DNA of 64,000 nt from Amoebidium appalachense (Eukaryota > Protista > Ichthyosporea), in NCBI GenBank assembly GCA_963693365.1, contig CAVNZM010000001.1, positions 2,372,907 to 2,436,906 of the forward strand. The letters are read 5' to 3'. The translations under genes were made by a program, and so were the position numbers. Positions 26,964-51,387 of this stretch are shown here, piece after piece. The first letter of the stretch is position 1, and the number at the start of each line of letters is the position of its first letter. The notes beneath the pieces are model-generated. The model was not told where the DNA came from and ran no database searches. It was given only the letters and a program-made list of their open reading frames with translations.

Positions 26964-29269
26964 GATTGAACTACTGTGTGTGGCCCAAAGGCCCCCAAGA
27001 CAGATGGTTGAGTGTTACACTTTCTCTCGTTAAGATAAAAGAAAAGCACCACGATCTCGAAAAATACCAATTCGACTTTGTTGCGATGTAAGTAGTTATG
27101 TCTTTGTGTTTCATGTGAGAGTTTGGTAATGCTCTAAGTAGTCCTCAATGTACTCGTAGCTTGTGTAGCTGTGTAAAACCCATAATACGTCTATCTATAT
27201 TGGTTCTAGAGTGAAGGAAAGCAGAAACACGACGCAATCACAGAGGTGCAATATCTGGCTAGGTAAGTGTTTGAAATGGGTGAGAAAGGGACCTTGATAA
27301 ACTGCTGTTTTGTCTCTTTTACAAAACGTAGACAGGTGTGTTTCCTTTCATAGCCGGGAACGGGCATGCTACATATGTCAATAGACAGCTACACCTAAAG
27401 ATATACACCAAGCCGTGACATATGCGACATGCTGTGGTACAGTGCTGTAGGTACCGGGTAGACAGTGGCCGAGGGCATGCGACTTGGTCGTCGCGACCAC
27501 GGATCATGATGGATCTAGCATGAATTCGCTTACTCAGCTATACAGAGCCAATCAGCGAACGTTACGTCATTTCTAACCAAATATGTTTATTCGAGAAATC
27601 AAGTATTGATCTGATTGGTGTTGCCGTGAAGTTGGGAGCTGGAGATCGGGTCGGATTGGTTTCACTTAGTAGGAAACTTTCTTCTTCAGGCACAAAGTTT
27701 TGCAAATCGCAGGTTTTTATTCAAATAATATGAGTAATCGGCAGGGATTTTGTTCATCCATGAAAGCCGAGTGTACAGGGTTATTACACGAATAGCGCGA
27801 AGGTCGATTCGCGAAGACTTAGACGGATTCAATCGGATGCGCCTCTCTATACATTCTCAAAATTTTATAGGCTCAATGCACTTTTTAGCCCGACCCGAAA
27901 TTAGCGATCGAAACAAAATTACTAAATCCTGCCCAAACCAAGATTTAATCGGATCACACCAATCAGAATCGGCGTCCAGCAAGCGAATTCATGCTGATGG
28001 ATCTAATCATTGATCTATTATCAGCTTGGCTTTTGTTATCGTGATATTAAAACCTTTAAAGCTTTAGACTCCGAACAAAATTTTAATGTCTGCTTCTAAT
28101 TGTGCCACCTTTGAAATTGTCTGAGGTGCATCCAAGTAGCCGGGAACCTTTATTGTTATAGGTTTTTTGGGGGCGAGAAAAATCAATGCAACTGTTAAAA
28201 AAAGCCTTGGACATTTAAAAATCTCATTCTCCCTGGCCGTGAAGACACGACCACATATTTAAGACTTAGCTTTGGGATCGCCGGATCGCCACTATCGCTT
28301 TAAAGCAGTTTTATGTCCCTGCAAACGCCCGTGGGACGCGACGACTATGATGCACTGCGATTGGAGGAAAAACGGTGCAATCTAGGCCAATCAGATGCCT
28401 TTTTTTGCACTTTGAGCCGGCAAAATCGGTCCAGGCAAACCAATCAGGTATAAAAACCGCACTTTCCATTTCTGCCAGACTCCGGACTGGAATCCGAGGC
28501 AGCCGCAGAGTTGTGCAGCAAGTTCTAACAATAAGCGAATCACAATAACAACATAGTCGGTATGATGAAAAATAACTAAAAGTTCTCACACGTTTTTCCT
28601 AATCACTACAGAAGTACAGTTGTCGATCATCATCACATCTGTACTGCAAGTCTGTAACTCTACATACTTCTAGTTTCTAGAATCATCCCGATTGGCTTCA
28701 TGTCATCCAACGGTTTGACGTGTTGTTCTCACCACTTTCATGATAGCCTAGAACAGTCGATCCACAACCATGCCATGGTCAAAGTACTCGCGGCACGTGT
28801 TTGGGCCAACTCTGTCGACCGACCATATATGACCTGGCTGTGCACTGCGACTACCGGTATGTATGTACCTATTCCCGGCCTCAATTGTATTGACTCACAA
28901 GGCCTCCAGACGTCGGTGGATAACCCTGCTCAGGCCCATGGCAATAATACTACTGGAGTACGTACGTGAACGTTCAGTATACATAGGTGTAGTAGCCTGA
29001 GTCCCTAAATCACATCGGATGTCGACCGCGATGGCACACTACATCACTGAGTGACTACGCACGTACGTGACGTACAGTGCATCTATTACCTGTTACCACT
29101 AATAAGTTTTAGTACGTACTGTCATGCAGTGTTCTCCTTCGCAGCTAGATAGGTATCACGATCACACGTGCCTGGCTTGCCTGCCCTTACTGGGTACATG
29201 TGCCACGTGACGCGTGACAGTGCTAGCCAACAACGAGAATTATGTAGTAGGTATCTAGCAACTTAGGGT

Positions 29270-29685
29270 CCAACCACATCGGCAGAGTCAACTTGCAGAA
29301 AGCAGAATTATTCGGGGTATTCTGCTTTTAGCGGGATTGTTCTGCAAGAAGCAGAGTTATTTTGCAATAGCAGAACCACTCTGCTAAATTTAGCAGGAAT
29401 ACATTATTAATACGCAAAAGGCAGAATTATTCTGCTTTCGACAGCAGAATTATGCTGATACTATAGCAGAATCAAAACATAATTCTGCATAGGCAGAATT
29501 ATTCAGTAGAATCATTCTGCGCTCCTGCTTCCAAAAGCAGAATGATTCTGCTTTGAGCCGATTGAATGGCTTTTAGCAGATTGATTCTGCTTTTGCAGCG
29601 GTATTCTGCTTTTGCTGAATAATTCTGCGTTTTGCAGAATAATTCGGGCTTTTGCAGATAATTCCGCTCGGAGCAAGTTGGTTGG
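29270..29685. repeat. Array of degenerate palindromic ~20-bp units (AGCAGAATWATTCTGCT); possible foldback/MITE
   Basis: Repeated GCAGAATTATTCTGC-like units. The ends CCAACC..CAACTTGC and GCAAGTTGGTTGG are roughly inverted. Confidence 0.75.
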
Positions 29686-29804
29686 GCGCTCCTTATTATT
29701 AAACGTGTGACCATGCGCATTGGCCTGCCCACACTAGCACTCTGGTCTTGCCAGTGTCACGGTACAGGCGGCAGAGAGCAACAGGGTGTCGTCATTCATT
29801 CTCC

Positions 29805-29859
<55 letters not shown>

Positions 29860-30225
29860 TCCCACGGCTCCAGTCCAGAAATAAAGTTCCCACTGAGCAG
29901 GGGTAAGGTGGGCTACCGGTTGTGCGGTTGGGGGAGGCAGGGGGTGGGGGGGGGGGGGGAGGGAGGAGGGGCGGGGGGCCCAAGGGGGAGGGGAAGGGGA
30001 GGGGGGGGTAAATTAAGATGAACATTACGGCGGATAAGACAGACTCAAAAAGGGACGTGCAGATATACAAAAGGGGGCGGGCCCGGGGCCAAAGAGAAGG
30101 CCAGGGGGATGGGGATGAGGGGGAGGGAGGGGGGGGGGGGGGGGGGGGGAGGGAGGGGAGGGAGGGAGGGAGGGGGGAGAGAGAGAGAGCCTCGAGAGAG
30201 AGAGAGAAAGAGCGAGTGTGTATGT

Positions 30226-30289
<64 letters not shown>

Positions 30290-30443
30290 ATGTGTGTCAA
30301 GGTGTGTGTGCGTGTGTGTGGAGTCACGGAGAAGAGGGGGAAGGGGGGGGGGGCAGTGATTTGCAAAGAGCATGTGTGCTTCTTCCCCCCCCCTCCCCCT
30401 CCCCCTCTCTCTAGTCTCAGAATCTCTCATCCTCTCTCTCTCT

Positions 30444-30476
<33 letters not shown>

Positions 30477-31845
30477 CCTCTCTCTCTCTCTCTTCTCTGT
30501 CTCTCTCTCTCTCTCTCCCTCCCTCCTCCTCCCTCTCCCTCTCCGAGTCGACTCCCTCTCTCTCTCTCTCCCCCCCCCCCCCCCCTCTCCCTCCCTACCT
30601 CCCCCCCTCTCCCCCCTCCCTCTCTCCTTCATATATGTACCAGGAGTCCGCCTCAGTATATACCCCTGTTGCACTTGCGATAAACCTCCGGAAGCCAAAA
30701 GCATATTGATGTTTGCTTCAATAAGAAATCGCCCCAATCTTACTTTAAAAAATAAAATAAAAATCTGCACGTGGACGGTAGCGTGTCTGCATTCTTTAGG
30801 GTTGACGTGCGGCAAAGCTAATATAATTAATTATCAATGCATGATATTGTACAGTATTCAGTGAGCTGTTTTGCTGCACAATGACCGTATATTTGCTTGA
30901 TGGAGAGCCCCCCCTCCCCTCCCCCTCCCCCTGTTAAAGTTTTGGTTGACTTAGACATTTAATATGTAAGATCGTGGTTATATACTCCGGACCACCTGTG
31001 TCCATCTTCACTATGAAACACAATAGATTCCGAAACAACACAAACTAGATTTTTGTAATCAGCTATTATCCGATCAGAATAAAGCTTGCCTAGATCACGT
31101 AACAAACAGAGAAGGCTATGTAAACAAAAGCTGACACAAACCTGATCGATTGGCACACCGGTGCCAATCTTTACCACACATGAAGCTTACCGTCATCACA
31201 CATGATAAACAATAAAGATGGTACATACCAAAGTGAGTGAGACACGTGTGTGTGTGTGTGCTGTGTGTGTGTGATCGTCTGTGTGTGTGTGTGTGTGTAT
31301 GTTTGCCTAAACGTACACTCTGACACCCCCCTCCCCCCTCCCCCCCCCCCCCCCCCCCCCCCCCCGCATATGCTTGAAGGATTGAAGGAGACCCCCTCCC
31401 CCCGTCCCCCTCCCCACTTAATCCCATCAATTTGGCTCGTTGAGTCGTGTCCCCCTTCCCCTCACCTCCTCTCTTACGAAGAAGCCTAGAAATAAGGAAA
31501 AAACTGCGCATGCAGCACAGTATTCCATAACCTGAGTGTTCTTATTTGTATTAAAGTTCACTGAAAAGTTTCTATGCCCAGTTCAGCGTATTATATTACC
31601 AAAAACCAACCAGCTGCCAACACCGTTTTGTTACTGTTCATGAACGTGGTGGGTCAACTACACCTACATGATGGCAATGCAATCAAAATAATAGGGTGCT
31701 TGCCACCCATCGAAGCAAAAGCTTTCTGCCCAGCCACCAGACGGAGTTCGTGATTGTTCGTCCTCGCCGACATTTCGAAGTTCTTGTTGACAACACACAG
31801 TGCCACGTCATCACAGTGATTTTAATGAATGGATGGAGCCCCAAA

Positions 31846-31892
<47 letters not shown>

Positions 31893-31996
31893 TAATGGAT
31901 GGGACATGTACAGTTAGATCTTGCTAACAGAGCGTAAAAAGAGGCCTCGCCACAATTTATTAGAGCCCGAGGACAATTCCTGGAGGGCCTCTCCGG

Positions 31997-32036
<40 letters not shown>

Positions 32037-32630
32037 AGGGGGGGGGGGGGGGGGGGGAGGGGGGTAGGGCTTTGGGGGGGAGGGGGGGGGGGGGGGGGAA
32101 GGGGAGGGGGGTAGGGCTTTGGGGGGGGAGGGGGGGGGGGGGGGGAGGGGGGCCCATACGGACACTAACCATTCAAGAGGAACTGGTACTTATATTTGAG
32201 ACTCCGTGTGTAGCACTTGCACGCGTACCGTACAGGACCGCTAATAATCATTATCGATATCAATATAGTATGATTCGTTATTAATGGTTACTAAGTGACC
32301 TTCAGACCGACCGTGCAATACACTACACTATCATACACATCTAATACCTATGCACGCAGTATAGATATCTTTTGCAGCACTTTTCGTATTCTAATCTAAT
32401 ACCATGCGGAACACCGTCAGTGCCCGGGCCTCATTTGGACAGTCACTAAGCGAAATCGTGTATATCAGTTTGCATGCTGCTAAGGTGCATACAGTAACAT
32501 TCGAACGGCATCCAACTGAAAGTTTGCAAAAACTTGTAGTTTCGAGACTTTTATCGAGATCGAAATAGCCCTAAACAGATTGAAATATGGGACCCTCGAG
32601 ATAGCCAGAAAAATTTGTTTTCGGGCTGAA

Positions 32631-32663
<33 letters not shown>

Positions 32664-32779
32664 AGTAAAAATGCACACGATTATAAGAACAATAAAAAAG
32701 AAGCCACCCTAGAGTTTAGATAAAACGACATAAGTATTATCCCATAAGTATTATCCCCGCAACCACAAGGTCAAAGTTA

Positions 32780-43952
<11,173 letters not shown>

Positions 43953-44477
43953 GGCGCTTTCTTGGAGACAATTTTGTGAGTGAGCAAATTCAACGAAAGA
44001 AGGGGCGTTTACTAAAGAATTTTGTTATCTCCTGGCTCACATATTAAGGTGCAAGTTTCTCTAACGACTTGAGCAAGTCCTATACCTAGGCTGCATTATT
44101 AAGTTTAGGTGAGTTAAGAGTTTTGGCAACACTCTACACCGTTACAGAACTGGAAGTTTTTAAATGTGCCAAAAAGCCTCTCTTGTTGACAGTACGTATA
44201 CAGTACATTGAGCGGGCATAGTGTGTGCAGTGAGTATGTTGGCCAGCCCAAGGAACGTAAATACGGCAGTTATAATGCAGCTAATTTAAACATAGGTCCC
44301 GCTCTAAAATAGCTCACTAGTGATAATATATAAACCCTATATAGTAGAAGTCTATCGTATTTCTTTTCTTTTTTCACTACATCACTTCAACGGTTGCTTG
44401 AGTCCTTGACCGTGACCAGTTGGCCGAACTTCGTGCTGGCGCCGGCCGGCCGGCATAGCATCAAATGTACGTGCATT

Positions 44478-44574
44478 TGATTGGCTGAAAGACTGAAAGG
44501 TCTATGATTGGCTACTTGCGCACCGTTGAAATTGTTTTGATTGGCTTTCTTGGAATACAGTAAAAGTGATTGGC
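44478..44574 (-). promoter_or_regulatory. Cluster of four CCAAT boxes (AGCCAATCA on the - strand) upstream of PTEN
   Basis: TGATTGGCT at 44478, 44505, 44538 and 44567, ~530-620 bp upstream of the ATG; matches the NF-Y consensus. Confidence 0.6.
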
Positions 44575-45019
44575 TACACCTAAACGCGAAGTGTCATGGA
44601 CCTGCGCAACGTCCGCCAAAGTATCACGGTACCCATTTTTGGTCACGGTACGGTAGCCAACGAATGTCTGGCAATAGAAAGGTTCATAAAATGGATGGGG
44701 TGGGGTGGGGTGTGTGTGTGTGTGGGGGGAGGGGGGGGGGGGGGGGGGGGGGGAAGCTGGGGGGTGGGGAGGGGAGAAAGAGGGGAGGGGAGATGGAGTG
44801 ATGTAATTTCTGCCTTTTCTGCCTTACAGTCTTCATGTCTGCACGTGCCGTTCATGTTGGTAGATCCAGAATAGGTTCCTAGGGGCTAGCACGTAGATTT
44901 CATCACAGAGAGTCTCGCTAATGGAACCGTAAAAATATAAAATCAAAACTGTGAAAATGAGACTGTTCATAGGCAGCATTTTGCAAAATGGGCCACGATC
45001 ATTTGGCAAAGCAGACCAC

Positions 45020-45230
45020 TTGAGATCCCGTCCCTGGTTTCTCCTTTATTCAACGCAGCACCCATCGGATGATACTGGGAAAACCACGGCCTTGAAAAAC
45101 CATTGCAAGTTCAAAAACAAAAACAAAAAAAAAACATTGAGATCCCGTCGCTGGTTTCTCCTTTATTCAACGGATGACCCATCGAATGATACTGGAAAAC
45201 CACGGCCTTTGCAAGTTCAAAAAAAAAAAA
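45020..45230. repeat. Imperfect direct duplication (~117-bp period)
   Basis: TTGAGATCCCGTC.CTGGTTTCTCCTTTATTCAACG...GATACTGG.AAAACCACGGCCTT...GCAAGTTCAAAAA occurs twice. Confidence 0.85.
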
Positions 45231-45382
45231 AAGAAAGAAAAAAAAAAAAAAGAACAACAGCAAAAAAGCACCTCATTGACACAGTATCTCATATTCTCCG
45301 CATCCCCATGAAACCTACAAAAACGAGATTTGCTCTCTTCTCACTAGGTCAGCCGTAGTGTCAAGTTCGGTAAGACAGATGC

Positions 45383-46024
45383 CTACTCATCACCCCCGTT
45401 TGCAAGAAGTGGCTCTGAGCGAGTCTTGCGCAAGAGCCTGGGTGTTTTTTCCTTTGTGTTTTCAACACCAGGACATACAGGCTCGGCATCAGAAACCACG
45501 GGTGCACTTTTCTTGCTGTCACCTTTGCCTTTGTTTGCCAGGTCCTTCACCCCACCAATCAAAGATGCTACCAGCCGGGCCTTCTTCTTCTTCAGCTTGG
45601 CGGTGCCTTTGTACTCGACTGCTTCTGTTGTGTCTTCAGTTGCAGATCTGGAAGGGCTAGGTCCTCGGAAAGGTGTAGGTGCAGAAAACGGGCCACCCTC
45701 GGGTTTGGTTTCGATAGATGGGTACTATATGCAGGTTAGAGATTGTCAGTAATGGTACCCAATTTGGATGTGCGCCAATATAGAAACTAGTTGGCGTATT
45801 TTTTACTACAGCCAGCCTTCTAGAAACATGATGCAGACACCATGCATTATCTGTGAATTGAGCTTGGGCATGGTGGGGTGTAACATTCCACTGCAAAACT
45901 TACAACCCCACAAACAAAAGAGAACTCGCACACGGAAGGAACATCACTTAAGATAGAGTGAAAGAAAAAGACTCTAAGTTATGGATCAGTGGGGTTCACC
46001 GAGTCATGGGGAAGGGGTAAAGGG

Positions 46025-46059
<35 letters not shown>

Positions 46060-46182
46060 GGGGGGAGGGAGGGGTCGTGACCCTGATGAAGGGGAAAAGG
46101 CGAAGGAGCAAGAGCTTTTGATTGTTTGTTTCGTTTTTTTTTTTTTTTTTTTTTTTTTTTTTGTTTTTTTTGCCCCGAAGCT

Positions 46183-46225
<43 letters not shown>

Positions 46226-46433
46226 GGTTGCAGTGAGAGACAAGGGAAATCAATACCAAGTTGTGAGTCATTTTAAAGCATTCGACGATTTATCATCAAA
46301 TTATGTTTTGCTTCTTTCTTTTAATTCCATTATTTTTGTGGGTAGGGCCGGGTGGATTTGGGGGGGGGGGGAAGGGGGGGAGTAGGAGGAGGGAGGGGGG
46401 CTGTGTACATGTGTGTGTGGGTTTTTTTTTTTT

Positions 46434-46480
<47 letters not shown>

Positions 46481-46799
46481 GGAGGGAGGAGAGGGGGGGG
46501 GCTTATTACGGAAGTAGTTTGCATGTCAGGCACGATGGCAGAGTCTGCATCCGAACCAGCAAAGCTGAAGGGGCAAGCCAAGGTGTAGGGGGATGGTGTA
46601 GGGGGTCGAGATGGGTATGACGCGGTGGAGGGGACACTGTTGGTTCTTGCTGCGGGCCGGATGGTTGGATGGGTGGCAGCTAGGAGGGTGTCCAGTTTGG
46701 TGCTGAGTGACTGCACGCCCTGCATGTGGTGCATAAACTCCCGAAGAAGTTCATGCATGCCCTGTGTGTGCATGCATTGGGAACAGGCAGGGGTGGAGG

Positions 46800-46832
<33 letters not shown>

Positions 46833-47073
46833 GGGAGAAGAGAAGAGGGAGGGTGGGAAAGGGGTTGGGGAGGGGGGCGGGGAAGATAAAGGTGAGTATA
46901 TGTGTATTCGTGGCACGGTGTTTTGGGGGGTAATGGTAAGGGGATGGGTGGGCGAGGCTATGGTGGTGGGATTCATGATAGTTATGGTGATAAGCAGATA
47001 GGACGGGGGAAAAGAAATTGATAGCGTGGAAATACACGGGTGGTAGGGGGTGGAGGCGAGGGGAAGGATTTGT

Positions 47074-47122
<49 letters not shown>

Positions 47123-48611
47123 GTGTATGAAGGGTGGAACCTGGTTTTACGCTTGTGGAATTTTAGTGGTTGGTATTGTGAATGTGATTTCAGCATTTCA
47201 AAAGAATTTTAGTGTATTACTGAAATGCCCAGGCCTGCCGCACTGCACTTATACCAAATTGCACAGAGACACACCGGGTATAAATAGCTTGTGTGCACCA
47301 CCACACATATACACACCCCACAAAAGCACATCCGCACACACACAGTTGCACATAAATAACTAGTATAATGTACATATATGTGGATATATGTGCCTATATG
47401 CCTCGACACATACATGCATATATGTGTGAAGTCACACACCTGCATTTCCACCTCCATCTGCCCCGTTCCCCCACCCTCCACCAAGTCTGCCAGCCTCTCT
47501 ATGCCTCGAGTCACTTCCAGAAGCTTCTCCGATGTGTCTTCCTGCGCCCGCCGGCGATTGCTCTCTGATTGGTTGAGCTGCGCCTGCAGCACCTGCAGGG
47601 GATTTGGTTTCAGGGCATCTTCTAATCGGAAATAATGGGGTCTAATCAAGTAGATTGCACGTGAAAGGACTTGCAGCCGAAGAGCCGCGCGAAATAACTA
47701 TATATCGGATATTCAAGTAAAAAAACCAGCCTTGGGCGAAACGAGGTGCCCCCCCCTTCCCTTCCCCCCCCCCCCCCCCCCCTCCCCAACCCCCCCCCCC
47801 CAACACACACACACACACATATCTCACCCCCCACTTCTCTTTCTTCCTCTACAATTTCCATCTTGCAGCCTTCGCCACCCTTGCACAATTTCTGTATTCA
47901 TTCTGATGTGTGTGGGTGGGTGGGTGTCATGGTTTATGGTGTGTGTGTTTGTGGGTGTGCACATGCATGCACATGGTGTGTGTGCGCGTGCGCGCGCGCG
48001 CGTACGCCTGACAAAGGTCAGTGCAGGAAAAAGAGGGGGGGGGAGGGGGGAGGGGGGGGAGGGGGGGGGGATGGGGACTGTTGCTTGCGTCTAGATCGCC
48101 AAACACAAATGGACCCAGTTAGAGAAGAGAATTCTAAGTGTGGTAGATTACGGGGAAAGGATCCATGTGAGTGTTTGGACACTGTTGTTGTTGCGTGTGT
48201 ATGTGTGTGTGTGTGTGTGTGTGTTCCCTTCTTTTCTTTTCCTTTCTTTCTTTCTTTTTCTTTTCTTTCTTTCTTTTTCTTTATTTCTTTCTTTTTTTTT
48301 TCTGTGGGGGGGGGGGGGGGGGGGGGGGGGGATGGGTTACTCACAGCATTCTTTCTTGCCTCGGCATCGAGCAGCTTGGCCATGGTAGCAGCACTGGCCT
48401 TAAGCTCTGCAATCTGATTGGCTGCCTGCCCCATGGACTGTTCCAGAAGACGCCGCTGCTCACCTTCACGTGCCAGCTGCTCGTATGGCTCCTATGTGTA
48501 GACACTGGGTGTCAGAATACACCCCTTCCCCCCCCCCCCCCTCCCCCCCCCTCCCCCCCCTTCCCCCCCCCCCCAAACACACACACGCCACCACCACCAC
48601 CACCATTACCA

Positions 48612-48644
<33 letters not shown>

Positions 48645-48762
48645 CCACCCCAACCCCATGCTCTGATCTTACCGTAACTTTCCACCTTTCCCCCCCTCTC
48701 TCCCACCCACCACACCCTTTGCCTCTAATATTATCCCCTTCCTACCTTTCCTAGCTTACCCC

Positions 48763-48798
<36 letters not shown>

Positions 48799-48917
48799 GG
48801 GGGTCCCCGTGAACTAAGTGCAATTTCTATCAATCTGTATTAGTTTTATTTATCTGAGTTCCTTTTACCCTCTTTCCGCCCCCATCCCTCCCCCCACCCC
48901 ACCCCAATCCCCCCCCC

Positions 48918-48948
<31 letters not shown>

Positions 48949-50187
48949 ACACACGCCCATCCCTGGCCCCCGATTCCTCTCTTGTTCTCAAACATGTATG
49001 TGAACTTTTCATATGAACAAATACTAAATCAGCGGTTAAATATAACTTGGCATAGCGCACAGCCATGTGCAATTGGACATTCCAAACCACCAGAAGTTAT
49101 AATAACCCAATAAGCTATAAACAATAAATCCATGCACCTGCTTCACCAGCTCATCTATCCACTGAGCCACCAGTCTGTTCCTCTCCTCCACCCCCCTCAG
49201 ATTCTCTCTCAGCTCATCGGCTAGGGCCATGGCTTCAGCTGCCTCCCTGCCCAGGTTTTGCTTTTCGCTCTCCATCTCACATAGCTGCAGCTATAGGAAA
49301 AAGGAAAAGAATAAGTGGGTGCGTGAGCACGTGTGAGGGTGTGTGGGTGTGTCCACACGTGTGCTTGTGCATGTGTATGTGTGCGTGTGCATGCTTGCAT
49401 AACGCCGGAGGAGGGGGGAGGGGGGGATATTTTAGTGTTTTTCCGGCGGGGGGCCGTGGACCTCCGCAGGGGAGGGAGGGGGGGGGGGGGAGGGGGGGGG
49501 GCATGTGAGTTTGTGTGCCTTGTGTGCATATATCGCATAATTCAAATATGTGTACATGCTGTGTATCTTTGTGAAATCATCATCAGTACTTGAATATAAA
49601 TTCACTAAGTATGCAAAGGCCCAGGAGCTAGGACCTAATGTGGATGTATGCGTGTTGTGTCCGTGGGGGCCCCCGGTATGTCCACACACACACACACTAC
49701 GACATACCGCCTAGGGCATAACCACCCACTCATGGAAAAATCATCCACCAACATCGGATGCCATATGCCCACACAAACATACAGCCGTTTACATGTACAC
49801 GTCCTTCTTCTCCGCACAGAGAGGTCACAATTCTATTCAATCATGTGCTCACACTTACCCTATAGTAGCTACTTCTGGGTCCAGAAACATGTTCACACGA
49901 GTTTGCACGCTTTCTTCCATGCAACACACACGCACAGTACAGCTGGTTGAAAAGCTGGGCACACACATGACGGCATCCGAGTAGAACTGCACTAACACAC
50001 ACACACACGCACACACACACACACACACACACACCTGCACTGCCGTGCACTGTGCCTGCATGTTGTCGTGCGCCTCCCTCCACCTCTGTGCCTCCTCTCT
50101 TGCCGCCCTCACTTCCATCCGCAAGCTCTCCAGTTCGGTCGTAGACCGGCTCTTAAGTTCACCGACGGCCTGAGAGAACATGGTGGT

Positions 50188-50236
<49 letters not shown>

Positions 50237-50483
50237 ATGGATTCTCCCGCGAGAGAAACGGGAATGTGGGAAGTGGTGTGTCAAAGTGTGCACGTGGCAT
50301 GTGTTTGTGTTGAGTGGGCAAGACCAAAAGGGGTGGGTGTGTGTGTGGGTAGAGGGGGAGGGAGGCAGGGGGGAGGGGGGGGGGGGGGGGGGGGGTATAA
50401 AAAGAGAGGGAGCAGAATAAATAAGTTGTTTTTCGGGCTGTAGGCTGAGACAAGGGGGGAAAAGTGTGGCGGAACGTGCCCGA

Positions 50484-50561
<78 letters not shown>

Positions 50562-51082
50562 GGGGGGAAGGGGGGGGGGGGGGGGGGGGGGGGGGGTCAA
50601 TGCTGCAAAAGAAGATATAGACTCGTTAGTTGAATATAGGGAGTGTTCGTCTTTCAACCTTAGGTTCCTTTCGAGTGTTCTCACAGCACAACAGCTTTTC
50701 ATTTTCAGCCTCAATAGCAACGAAGTAAGGAATGTCTGCCTTCGGAATGGAAAGACCTCAAACCGTGCCCGTTGTATCAGTGCAAATATATGCCTTGAGA
50801 ATCGGGCCTGGAAGGGAGAGGGGGGGGGGGGGAGGGGGAGGGGGGGGGGGAGGGGGGGGGGCTCACTACCTTGAGTGTGGCACGTGTGTCGCTGGCCACC
50901 CCCTCCAGAGCCTCTCCGAGTCTGTCGGCTGTGACGTCATTGGCCAGCTTGAGGGCTGAAATGTGCCCCTGCAGCTCCGCCTCCCTCAGCTGCAGTTGCC
51001 TTTTTAGGCAATCCACGTCATCACTCCCCACCGCAGTGCGCACAACAGACTTGATGCGCTCAACTTGATTGGTGGCCGTCAC
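45383..51082 (-). CDS. Coiled-coil protein of unknown function (>=7 exons; 5' exons possibly up to ~53370)
   Basis: Exons 51082-50870, 50169-50035, 49290-49138, ~48492-48345, 47592-47440, ~46761-46509 and ~45725-45383 (TAG) encode heptad-rich E/L/A/Q/R helices then an S/P/K-rich tail. Candidate upstream exons: ATG|GTAAG at 51871, 52413-52297 and ~53373-53221. Confidence 0.8.
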
Positions 51083-51178
51083 CTGAAAGTGGGAAGTGGG
51101 CATCGGTTGGTTAGTAAGTTGTGTATTCGATTGTTGGCACATTGGGTTCTACAAATTGGTTGGTCCACTAAATCCATA

Positions 51179-51387
51179 CAGGGGTGGTCTAACGTTAAGA
51201 TTTTCCGAAATTTTAAGATTCTCTCGCTAGAAATTTTAGAAAATATAAAATTCTAGCTGGCTAGCCCCCACGGTACATATGAAAATTATGAATTTCCTGG
51301 TGTCCTGGTGGGCTAGGGGGGTCTGGAAATAAGATTCCAGCACACTGCAGCCAAAATTGACGTTATTATAAATTCGGCCTACCCCTG
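51179..51387. mobile_element. Possible small DNA transposon (TA-flanked, CAGGGGT termini)
   Basis: TA|CAGGGGTGGTCTAA ... TTCGGCCTACCCCTG|TA; AT-rich interior with an internal IR CTAGAAATTTTA/TAAAATTCTAG. Single copy seen. Confidence 0.4.

Noticed and set aside
29270-29685. CRISPR array
   Set aside because: Eukaryotic context, degenerate repeats, no spacer-length unique sequences and no cas genes.
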